This document shows positions 38,704 to 49,210 of a DNA stretch of 64,000 nucleotides, piece by piece. Source of the stretch: Mobula hypostoma (taxonomy: Eukaryota); assembly GCF_963921235.1 (NCBI RefSeq), contig NC_086109.1, positions 11,780,001 to 11,844,000 on the forward strand, read 5' to 3'. Each line of letters opens with the position of its first letter. Position 1 is the stretch's first letter. Both the position numbers and the translations under genes were made by a program. The notes under the pieces were generated by a model that made no database searches, was not told where the DNA came from, and saw nothing but the letters and a program-made list of their open reading frames with translations.

Positions 38704-38867
38704 TGGAACTCTAGCTTGAAGCTTGCATAAGAACATTGGCTGTTGTCTCACCCGCCAGTTAGTTTGATTAAAGTCAACCCCTTCATATGTAGTAGGTATT
38801 AGGAAACCAAATTCAATAAACCTATCAAACATCTTTCACGTCTAAAACAGTTTTGAGAACAGTATAC

Positions 38868-38940
38868 CTTTTTGCTTGATGGTTTTCCTCATTCTTGGAC
38901 TTCTCCACTGTATTTGTGGATTGTGTAGTTGTTTGTTCAG
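38868..38940 (-). CDS. Stalk exon (A)EQTTTQSTNTVEKSKNEENHQAK(R)
   Basis: tctctgtcttttacag| ... AAAAAG|GTATAC. 73 nt, phase 1 to 2, exactly bridging Vb (exit phase 1) and the TM exon (entry phase 2). Ser/Thr-rich. Confidence 0.85.
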
Positions 38941-41558
38941 CTGTAAAAGACAGAGAAGTATATTCAACTCTTACTGAGATTTGGGAGTTAAATTCAGCTT
39001 CAATTGCATTTCAATTGAAGATAGAGCAAAATTCTTGCCCTGAGTAAAGAGCCGATTGGTTTCACGGATGTAGAGATATTTCCTCAGAGCATAATAAACA
39101 TAATAAATATAAATGAAAAAGCAATTGTATAGAATACTATGTACAAGTTTCTTAGACTTAAACAGTATCCCATAAAAGATAAATGGCAGGGCATCTTTTT
39201 TGAACTACGCTCCTAAATTGTGGAACTCAATACCTAAAGCTATAAGGGATGCAGAATCAGTTGACACTTTAAAACATCAGCTCAAAACCTATTTTATTTA
39301 AACTTGCTTTTAAGTAACATCTTTTTTTTAAATTTTATGTTTGCACTTTATCCCATTGCAAAGCACTTTGAACAATGTCGTCTATATGAAAATGATCTAT
39401 AAATAAGTTATTATTATTAATATTATTATGTAACTGTTGAGTGTGGCCATATATAAATAAGATATTACCTGTACATAAGTGATGCTAGGTGCAGGAGTAT
39501 ATGAACATAAGATGACTCATAAGGCTGAAGGGCCTGTTTGAACCTTTGACTGCAAATGATTAAGTTTACTGATAATTTCTATTTCTTTACATTTACTGAT
39601 AATTTCCATTTCCTTCCTATTTCTCAGCACTGGTGATGCTGAAATGTCATTGGAGCTGTTAAGGGGCCTGGAATATTGAGAAGACAAATTGTATTTAATT
39701 CTATGCAAACACTGGGGAATTTCCAGCTTTGCAAGGGTTTCAACCGGAAAAGTCGACACTTTCTTTCCACCGACAGATGCTGCTCGATGGGCTGAGTTCA
39801 TCTGGCAGATATTTTGTTGCTCCAGATTCCAGTATCTGCAGTCTCCAGTCTCCATCATCAGCCTCCATCATCAAAGATTCTCACCAGCCCACACCATACA
39901 GTCTTCTCACTGCTGCCATCAGGTAGAAGGGACAAGAGCCTCAGGCCTGGCACCACCATGTTGAAGAGCAGTTATTACACCTCAACCATCAGGTTCTTGA
40001 ACAAAAGGGAATAGCTACACTCGTTTAAGGACGCTTTTATCTTGTCACTTCCTGCTCGTTATTTCTTGCTATTTATTTATATCTGCGGTTGCACAGTTTG
40101 CTTACAGTATACAGTTCCTGAGGTTTACAGTTTGCGGATCCTGTTAACAGTGACTGTGTTATAGATTTGCTAATTATGCCTGCAGAAAAAGACTCTCATG
40201 ATTGTATGTGGTGACATATATGTACTCTGATAATAAATTTTACTTTGAACTTTGATAATATTGACAAAGTTTTAAGTCCATTTTCCATGAGATTCCATGC
40301 CTGCTTTCAATGCATCCTAATTGAGAGAAGTTGGGCATTGGTAGTGTCTCAGACTGAATAAAAGATCTTAAGCAGAAAGCAGCAATGTAACTTCACACAA
40401 CAAAGCAATACTGCGGTTAGAAGAGGGTGTCAGAGGCCACACGTTTCAGAGAGTGACAACTATTCTCATGTCAAATATTTACCACAGTCTGAGGCAGGGG
40501 GATATCGCTGCTGCAACACAAACAGCAACCTAAAAGAACAGCCCAATATATTATTAACCAAGCAACAGTCTCTCTCATCACCACCGGCAGAAGACTACTC
40601 CCTGGACAAGTTATGCAGAAGCCGATGACCATCAGCCCCGAGGACAAGGTTAGCAGCCACCTGGAAGCAAAACTGTTGGATGTTGACATCTGTCACATGA
40701 ATAAGATCCCTGCTCTGTTGGTGACAATCATAAGGATCATTTCACTGGAATTTGCTCCAAGATTATTTGAAGCTGTGCAAAAGCATTAATGGTGATGATG
40801 CTTGAAGGACTGATGATGTAGATTCAGATTATTTTGTGTCTGACAGCTTTGAATCAAAGGATGGGATGTTTTCATACCACGTGTACTGAATGCGAAGGGT
40901 TCCCTGGACAGACTCACAGGACACTGGCTGCTGGTGACGAGTGGTGTCGGTATTGTGACCGCTTTTTTCCACATTACATACAGATGAATTATTTGACAGA
41001 GTTGATGGCTTTGTGACCAGGTTTGCGGGTGGTACAAAGATAGGTGGAGGGACAGATAAGTGTTGTAGCAGCATGGAGCCTGTAGCAGGACTCAGTCAGA
41101 TTGGGAGAACGGAGAAGAAAGTGTCAAATGGAATATTGTGAGAGAACTGTGTGCTCATGCACTTTGGTAGGAGGAATAAACATCTCTTCTGAATGGTGAG
41201 ATAATTCAAAATCAGAGGTGCAAGGGGACTTGGTATCTTTGAGGCAAATAGACGATGAGTAACACTTGTGTCTCACTGATCTGTTATTGTTGGATTATTA
41301 GTTTATGTCCAAATGTAAACCTCTGACAGGGTGACATTTCATACAGTTCAGAGACAGGAAAATGTGCTGAGCCTCCGGTGTCCTGTCAGAGGATCAGACG
41401 CTACACTGGATGAGAACAACAGGAATGGGGTTTCTTGACCCCAGCCCACTCCCCTCAGGATTCAGCATTTCAGGGTATCCTTGCAGTCCTGAACCCTCCC
41501 AGGAAAACATGGATCATACAGTTTAATGGGAGCATAAAGCTAACAGCTGGAAACCTAC

Positions 41559-41873
41559 CATTAGATACTTGTAGATATACGTTAAAAATCAAACTGGCAC
41601 CTGGTGTTGTAATTCCACAGCCGTACCATCCTGTATCTCCAGTGTCAAGATCCTCCATAGTAACAGTAAATATTCTCTGTTCCAGGTTATCTGTGATTGA
41701 CACTCGTCCACTCCGTCCGTACTGCCCATTTGTTTGCACTAAAGCTGGACATTGGTGAATCTGTCTACGGCACCAATACTTTGTGTCTGAGCGGTACCAT
41801 GTTTCATAGTGACAATCGATTGTGATCGTTCTTCCCACAACTCCTGTTACATATTTCTCTGCCCGCAATGCAC
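41559..41873 (-). CDS. IgV exon 'Vb' (CD300/CMRF35/pIgR-like V-set domain)
   Basis: tttcag|GTGCATTGCGG...TCTAATG|GTAGGT; 315 nt, phase 1-1. Shows B-strand Cys (IDC), KYWC, a second C-C' Cys (HQC) and DTGWYGC, the Cys pattern of the CD300/pIgR/TREM-type V domains. Confidence 0.93.
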
Positions 41874-41969
41874 CTGAAATGAGGGAGGTATTTTCAGATT
41901 TGATGGAAAGGAAGAATTTAATGCAAACAAATAACTTTAAATTACAAAATCAATCACTGAGAAACTTAC

Positions 41970-42277
41970 TATCAATAGATAAACATAAAATGTTGGATCG
42001 GGAGTTTTTTCTGTTATTCCACAGCTGTACCATCCTGTATCGCGAGAGTGAAGATTAACCATAGTAACAACAAATACTCCCCATTCTGAGTTATCTGTGA
42101 TTGACATTTGTCCATTCCGTCTGTGTTGCCCATTTGTTTCCACTAAAACTGAATATTGGTGAGTGCATCTATGGCACCAATACTTTGTGTGTGAATGGTA
42201 CATTTCCTCATAGTGGCAATCGATTGTGATCGCTCTTCCCACAACTCCTCTTACTTTTTTCTCTGCCCACAATGCAC
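41970..42277 (-). CDS. IgV exon 'Va' (CD300/pIgR-like); open frame but phase-0 donor, so possibly a pseudo-exon or a soluble-isoform exon
   Basis: Acceptor tttcag|GTGCATTGTGG; GALWAEKKVRGVVGRAITIDCHY...KYWC...DTGWYSCGIT...FYVYLLI; donor ATA|GTAAGT. 308 nt, not a multiple of 3. Confidence 0.75.
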
Positions 42278-42999
42278 CTGAAACTGAGGGAGAAATCATT
42301 GAAATTGCAGAAACAAATGTGGTTTATCAGTGTGACACAACAGAAGACACTGTATGGGTCACACCTGTAATGTGAACCAGTCGTGTCTCCTCTGGTTCCT
42401 TAAGGTCGTTATAACCAGGAGTAGGGGGCTGTGGGGATCAGGTCATATTACCGATTAAATGCTCCCAATGGTGTGTGTCTCAAATAGACTCTGACAACCC
42501 AGTACAGCTCCTGGCCTTCACGTACGGCTTAGCGACTACGCCCAGCCGAACTGTTTCTACTGACAGGAGAAGTGACAAGAGACAGGTTACTGACATCCTA
42601 AGCCGGTCGCTCTGGGCAGATGGTGCTCATCAGCCATGGTTAGCAGCTCATCTAGGAGAAGGAAAAATCCGGAGCTGGAATCCCTACAGCAGTCCAAAGT
42701 TGCTTTCAAGGCTGAGTATCAAGAACTCTGCTGCCACCGGTGCCAAACTGTATCAGTTTCTGTCGTTCATCTGGATTCATTAGGAGCGTGTAGAGAAGGA
42801 GCTTATTGAATGGGCAGGAGCTGGCTCTCCTTATCGTAGTGCCTTGTCTTGCATACTAGTTTGCATATCACATAACAGAGAGAGTAGAACTATGATTCAG
42901 AGACTGATGGCTATGTTTTAGTGCCCAACTGGAACCATTTACTCCACACTATTGAAGAATGTCAGATGATCAGACTGAAATATACAAAATCCTGCTGAG

Positions 43000-43420
43000 C
43001 CTTGCCAGGGTAATTGCAGAGATGATATTTGGATCACCTGGACAATACAAATACCTCGGTCAGGATGCTGTTGATTGACTACAGCTCCGTGTTTAACACA
43101 CTCATTTCTACAGTTCTGATTGAAAAGCTCCAGAATGTTGGACTCTGTACCTCCCTCTGCAAATGTATCCTCAACTTCTGAACTGGAAGACCACAATCTG
43201 TGCGGATTGGAAATAACATCTCCACCTCGCTGCCAATCAACACTGACGCACCTCAGGGATATGTGCTTAGACCACTGATCTACTGTCTCTACACCCAGAA
43301 CTGTGTGGCTAGGCAGTGTACAAGTGCCATCTATAAATTTGCTGATCAGAAGACTATTGTTGGCAGTATTTCAGATGGTGATGAGAGGGCATACAAGAGG
43401 GAGGTATATCAGCTCATTGA
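43000..43420 (+). mobile_element. Rex1/Babar RT fragment; other relics at about 34380-34700 and 40740-41000 (-), and 58330-58680, 60260-60950 and 62860-63110 (+)
   Basis: STSLPINTDAPQGYVLRPLIYCLYT..CVA...IYKFAD. Confidence 0.75.
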
Positions 43421-43689
43421 GCTCTGCCATCTGATTTCCGAATGGACATTGAACCCAAGAACACTACCACACTACTTTTTGCTTCTATTTTTGCACTCCT
43501 TATTTAATTTAACTTCATATATATTTACTATAATTCACCTTTTTTTAAATCTTTTACTACGTATTGCATTGAACTGCTGCTGCAAAGACAACAAATTTCA
43601 TGACATATGTAGGCGATATTAAACTTAGAGGGATGATAGCAGGTGTATCATATTCTGTTTGAGGAGCAAGCAGTATGATCACTCTATTC

Positions 43690-44430
43690 CAGCAGGTCGT
43701 TCTCCTAATTGGTTGTCTACTGGTCCTCAGGTGGCTGCAAAGGCTGATCCGGGATCCACATATCTTAGTGCAGTGTAGACATAAGAAAGTGGTTCCTGTG
43801 GTTACTGGTTGGTTTCTCTGACTGTCCATTCTCTCCTTTTGCAGCTGCAGCTTGTTCTCTGCAGCACACTGGAGATTGCTCTCATGTAGCACATCTCCCT
43901 CTTGAACAGATTTCTTACTGGTACCTCTATTGAGTACAATGTCTTCCCAGCTTTCAGAAGTAATGTTGAATTTCTTCAGTCTGATGTTGATATTGAAAAC
44001 GTTCTTTGTCCACCAAGAGTAGCTTGTTGATCTTCCATCAACTGGAATAAAGGATTTATTTGGGGGAGTCATGATTTCGGCATTCAAATGAGATGCCAGA
44101 TCCATCAGATTTGGCGTTGCTCTATCATGGTGGGAATGTGGCTCATTTTGTCCTCCTCCATTACATTGGTGTTCGTACTTTTGTTTCTAATCCTCAAAAT
44201 CTTTTGCAAGGTTCTTTGGAGGTGTTGTACCAGGACCTTTCAGGTGATCCATAATTCACTCCATGCTGTAATCTGGTAATGATCTGAGCTGGCAATGTTT
44301 GAACCCGAGAGTGGAGAATGGACAGACTCTGATGTGGAGATGGCAACCAGAGTTTATTCATAAGAATTCCAAGAGGGCATTGGTGGCTCGTCCAAGCAAC
44401 ACCGTGAGATGTAACGTTCTCAAATCTAGG
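43690..44430 (-). mobile_element. RTE (BovB-like) LINE 3' fragment
   Basis: SESWEDIVLNR...FLCLHCTKICGSRISLCSHLR, a C-terminal C2H2-like motif. Confidence 0.7.
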
Positions 44431-45879
44431 TCCCTGTGATTACTGCTAATTGGCCGTGCACTTAAATAATCAAAGAAACATGGAATTCCTGAGCCTATCA
44501 AGATAAACTTAACAAGCTTAAAGAGGAGGCACCATGAAACTGCATTACAAAGAGCAAGTTGCTCAAGTAAAACACAAGGAACTCTAAACAAATAACAAAT
44601 TACCCAATTCAGGTCCTCTAAAACCATCAGTACCCAATGCTTTTTGGCTCCCCGAACAGGCCCGTAGAGCTCTTTACAAATGTAGGAAGGACAACTATTC
44701 TATAGAGGAAACGTTTTGTAGGTTATGGTCTTCAAGAACTCGTTTCCTTAGTTTTGCATAGGGTCCATATGCATTACTCAGGCGATATGTTATAATCCAG
44801 TTTCGGTTAACTCAAACCATTGTGTTCCTTTGTCACTCATTCGGGTCAACCCAAGTTTCTCTTCCATTCTTTATGTTTCTGCACTCGACCCTCCCTATCT
44901 GGATTCAAATTCTTCACTGAAAACATCCCTTTGCATCCTCACTTGCTCCTTCCCCCCACAGAGTTCTTCACATAGTTTGTGTTTTGCTCGGGTTCCAGCA
45001 TTCACAATTTCTTGTACCTCGAAATCAGAGGCAGGAGCAGCCACTGGGAAATCAAACAAGAAACGTGAGAAGCACATGGATGAAAGGAAAATGGAGGGCT
45101 ATGTGGGAGGGAAGTGTTAGATCGATCTCGTGGTAGGTTGAAAGCTCAGCGCAACATTGTAGGCCAAAGGGCCTGAACGGTCCGGTGCTAATCTATAATC
45201 TATATGTTCCCTCAGAGGAAAGGGGAGATTTTGGAATTGTCTAACCAATAGTACTTTCCGCATTCCTACTGACTTCCAGCCCCACCACCGGAGACTCGAT
45301 CATACACTTGTCATCCCATCATCTGTGGCCCATTAACCCCACAATCTGAATAGTTTCGGACGTGGTAGGGGTGTGAAGCACATGGAGGAAAACCAAGTTA
45401 TCACAGGGAGCCTGGAGAAACTCAAGGACCGAAATGGACGGTGTGAGCTGTGAGACAGCAGCTCAGCTGGTGGTGCCTTGCGCCTGCCTCTCATTGACTG
45501 GTGAAGAAGGCACAAGTGCTCTCTGCAGAAACAAATCCATTTTAAAATGAAATTCCTATTGCGCCTATGAGGAATATCCCCACTACAGTGAAGCAAATAA
45601 TTGTTTAGTACTTGTTCTTTAAGGAACATATGGGTCGTCACAACATCAAGAGCCGAAGGACTTGTTCTGTGCTGTAGTATTCTAGTGTCTAGTGTCTAGT
45701 ATTCCAGCAAGGGAGTTAGGAACAAAAATATTAATGCAGCTTGTTATCACATCTACAGAATATGCTCCAATACTTCATGTTTAAAGACTTGCTTGTTATT
45801 GCTATTGTGTTAGGTGTGTCTGTGTTCTATGTCCATGTACTTCTTGCGTTCACTTTCCCTCTAGATAGCTGAACAGAAA

Positions 45880-45995
45880 TTCTGGGCTGATCTTCCAGTG
45901 CAGTACTGAGGGAGTGTGGCAGTGTTGAAGGTGCTGCCCTTCATTCAACCCAGATCCTAACAGGCTGCTCAAATGCACATAAACGTCCCATGGTA
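45880..45995 (+). mobile_element. DeuSINE (SacSINE1/AmnSINE1-like) remnant; identical copy at about 50275-50390
   Basis: ccagtgcagtactgagggagtg...aggtgc matches the Deu-domain core as recalled; not searched. Confidence 0.5.
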
Positions 45996-47029
45996 CATGT
46001 TATCTTTCCATCACTGCATTAATGTTTGTTTAATCGTGCTGTGGAAATGGTGCCCTACACGTCCCCATATTGGAGCAGTAGGTGGAGCTTCAATTAATTA
46101 GTTAGCTACAAGATATCACCACATATGATGCAATTACAAATCATCCCTTCTCACCGAAAAACTTGAAGTTGACATTCTTCTCCAGTTCACCTCATCACCA
46201 TGGTAACGACCAAAGGAAATGCAGCTCGTGGGCTCTGTGGCTTGTAACCTTTCTGGCGGCAGCATTTGCGGAGGGAAGGTGAACACGGTTTATGCCGACA
46301 ATGGGCAAGGAGAGTGGGAGGAGTCAGCTGATGCGCCAAGGATTTCGAAAGTTGAGGATGGATAATTGAGTAGGACATCAAAGGAAGATACTGCCAGGGC
46401 CACATGGAGGTCTGTATTTGGATTGTGGTTTGAGTGGAGTGAGTTTGGCAGATTACTGTTCCTTGTTTCACAGCAGATACTACATTAATGGAAGAAGGAT
46501 GCAGAACCAACAGATTTCTCCATTCCTGTAAAGAATAAATAGATCCAAAATACTCCTGGGAATGAGAATGGGATTTTAGATTCAAGTAACTATATCAAGA
46601 GTCTTGGAGCACTGTGGTATCGTAGCGGTTAGTACGACTGTATTACAGTCTGGAGCGTTGGAGTTTGGAGTAGAATTCCAGTGCTGTCTGTAGGGGTCTG
46701 TATGTTTGCCCTGTGATTGTATGTGTTTTCTCCAGGTGCTCCGGTTTCCTCCCACAAGCCAAAAGAATCGACCAGTAATTAGGTTAATTCGTCATTGTAA
46801 ATTGTCCTGTACCAAGCTAGGGTTAAATTGGGGGTTGCTGGGTGGCACTATCTGTTTGATTGGAAAGGCCTGTTCTGTGGTCTACCTTGAAATAAATAAA
46901 ATAAGGAATGTACAAGTTCATATCGCAATATCTCATTAAATTCCTGAATCCAGAGTCTTTTAAATACATTAAAAGGGGAAATCTACTATTTTTGTTTGGT
47001 TTGGCCTGGTCCATATGTGACTCCAGCCC

Positions 47030-47288
47030 TGTTATGTTTTGTAACTCCAAATCATAAAATTAATTTGAAGAATAATACAAAACCCTAAGAAATGTGAGTG
47101 TTAGTTTGTTCTTTATTTTAAGTGAGAGACACACGTAACATGCGGGAACGCCATGGTGCATGTAATTCACTTATTTTTACATATAACCCCTAATAGATTA
47201 TTTAAACAAACAAGAATGCTTAATCAAAAAGTATATTTACAATATTACTACTATACTACTGTACTACTGAAATATTAAATACATAACA
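47030..47288. mobile_element. About 260-bp solo-LTR-like element with TG...CA ends and 5-bp TSD AGCCC; duplicate at 51372-51598, family members at about 36108-36356 and 61300-61545
   Basis: agccc|TGTTATG...CATAACA|agccc. Confidence 0.7.
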
Positions 47289-47958
47289 AGCCCCACCACT
47301 AAGGTTGTCTCTGAATCACCCCTCTGAAATGGCCCAGGCAGACACACATGGCAATAAATTCCACATTGACCCCTAAACCTCGCTGGTGAATGAACTGAAA
47401 ATTTCAAGGTATTTATTTTCAACGAGATGGCTGGTTTAATAAGGGTTCCGGTGAAGTAAACATATGTAGGTCAATAGAGGTAAGAATGTGAAGAAAATGT
47501 AAATAAAATGTTGGCTGTCCTCTGCCCAGGGGGGTAGTAATATCATTGACAAAGTCTCAAAAAGCATTTCATCAGTTGCACTTTAAATAAAGAGAGTTGA
47601 AATTTAGAATGTGTGAAATTGTTGTTATGATCACGTTCCAAGAATATTGGACTGTTTTAAAAATATTTTTTGTTGTACATACAGAATACTAATGTTGCAT
47701 TGTGACATTATTAAATAATGCATGATATTAAATGCCCTTCAGATTCATTCTTAGCTGAGTGCCAGATTTACTGCTGCGGCTTTGTGTGTAGAAAGAAAAG
47801 AAATCGCAAGACCATTCCCCAGCATTTATCAATGACTTCTGCTGAGTATTTTCTGCCTTTACAATTTACACATATTCACCCATCTCTGCTGTGCAAATGG
47901 TGCACGAGACAGAAGCTAATACTGATCATCAGCATGTCTAGCTCGGGTGGTCACTCAC

Positions 47959-47995
47959 CAGGCAGCGAACAGATGAGAAGAATCGGAACCCACAT
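47959..47995 (-). CDS. Leader (signal peptide) exon, proximal copy, of a CD300/CMRF35/pIgR-like receptor: MWVPILLICSLP-G
   Basis: Reverse strand ATGTGGGTTCCGATTCTTCTCATCTGTTCGCTGCCTG|GTGAGT. 37 nt with a phase-1 donor, which joins the V exon acceptor (G|GT GCA = Gly-Ala). Hydrophobic peptide resembling CD300-type leaders. Confidence 0.9.
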
Positions 47996-48345
47996 TGTGT
48001 TGTTCGCACAGATCAAACCATCAGTTTTTCTGCCACTCAACTTCTGGTCCTTAGTGTAAAATAACTTTTCAATAGAAATGTTATGGTGAAAATAAATGAG
48101 GAAGAAGGCAGTCGGAAGCCCAATTGTGAAAGCACAGTGAAGCAACTGAGGAAATATGTTTACTAAGAAATTGATATTTTCTCTGTAGAATTATGGTATA
48201 AATTTATTTTCAATGAATGGTGAGCATGATGGAGAGATTTAAAAAATTGTATAGCAACTGAACTGAGAGGAATAAAATAAATTGTGAGGTGATGATAAAA
48301 AAATATACAGTTTACAGATTGAGGGGAATTTCCCCTCTCTATGCA
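47996..48345 (-). promoter_or_regulatory. Proximal promoter of leader copy A (Ets/PU.1-like GAGGAAG and CGGAAG; GATA-containing 26-mer)
   Basis: aaatgaggaagaaggcagtcggaagcc is conserved in both duplicate copies; TGATAA lies in the invariant block 48275-48300. Function is inferred. Confidence 0.45.
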
Positions 48346-48530
48346 ATCACTCCTCCAAGAGGACACAACTTTGCCGCAGGGTTTGGAGGCTGGCAAACCT
48401 CAATGACCCGGAGAGCTATGATAGCTGAAGTCAGTGAGTTATGCTTTGGCTCTTGGTAGGGTCACACACGACAAATAGGTCAAAGGTTCGAGGCCAGACT
48501 AAGTGTGGTCCACAGGTCCTTCATGTTCAA

Positions 48531-49210
48531 TAGACAATAGACAATAGGTGCAGAAGTAGACCATTCAGCCCTTTGAGCCTGCACCACCATTCTGAGATCA
48601 TGGCTGATCATCTACTATCAATACCCGGTTCCTGCCTTGTCCCCATAACCCTTGATTCCCCTATCCATAAGATACCTATCTAGCTCCTTCTTGAAAGCAT
48701 CCAGAGAATTGGCCTCCACTGCCTTCTGAGGCAGCGTGTTCCACACCTCCTCAACTCTCTGGGAGAAGAAGTTCCTCCTCAACTCTGTCCTAAATGACCT
48801 ACCCCTTATTCTTAATCCATGCCCTCTGGTACTGGACTCTCCCAGCATCTGGAACATACTTCCTGCCTCTATCTTGTCCAATCCCTTAATAATCTTATAT
48901 GTCTCAATCAGATCCCCCTTCAATCTCCTTAATTCCAGCGTGTACAAGCCCAGTCTCTCTAACCTCTCTGCGTAAGACAGTCCGGACATCCCAGGAATTA
49001 ACCTAGTGAACCTACGCTGCACCTCCTCCACAGCCAGGATGTCCTTCCTTAACCCTGGAGACCAAAATTGCACACAATACTCCAGGTGTGGTCTCACCAG
49101 GGCCCTATACAAATGCAAAAGGATTTCCTTGCTCTTGTATTCAATTCCCTTTGTAATAAAGGCCAACATTCCATTAGCCTTCTTCACTGCCTGCTGCACT
49201 TTCTCATTCA
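48531..49210 (-). mobile_element. Young 5'-truncated CR1 with 13-bp TSD and (CTATTGT)n tail
   Basis: About 200 uninterrupted RT C-terminal codons; TSD CCTTCA(T/C)GTTCAA at 48518-48530 and 49211-49223. Confidence 0.92.

Larger units (their letters stand above)
18185..47995 (-). other. Assembled gene: inhibitory CD300/CMRF35-like (pIgR-like) single-V receptor, 251 aa, 6 coding exons
   Basis: 37+315+73+92+47+192 = 756 nt. All junctions are GT-AG and phase-compatible, with no internal stop. Orthology cannot be assigned without a search. Confidence 0.85.

Noticed and set aside
39570-39680. Exon-like stretch with a good acceptor (caatattccag) in the V-stalk intron and a short gaaattatcagtaaa repeat
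   Set aside because: The phase-1 frame stops after 14 codons, the donors are weak, and it is not needed for the gene model. It cannot be excluded as a rare terminal exon.
45333-46585. ORFs 45333-45641 and 46187-46585 conserved in the duplicate (49733-50041, 50590-50937)
   Set aside because: Conservation is explained by the tandem duplication. The frames differ in length between copies and encode no recognisable protein.
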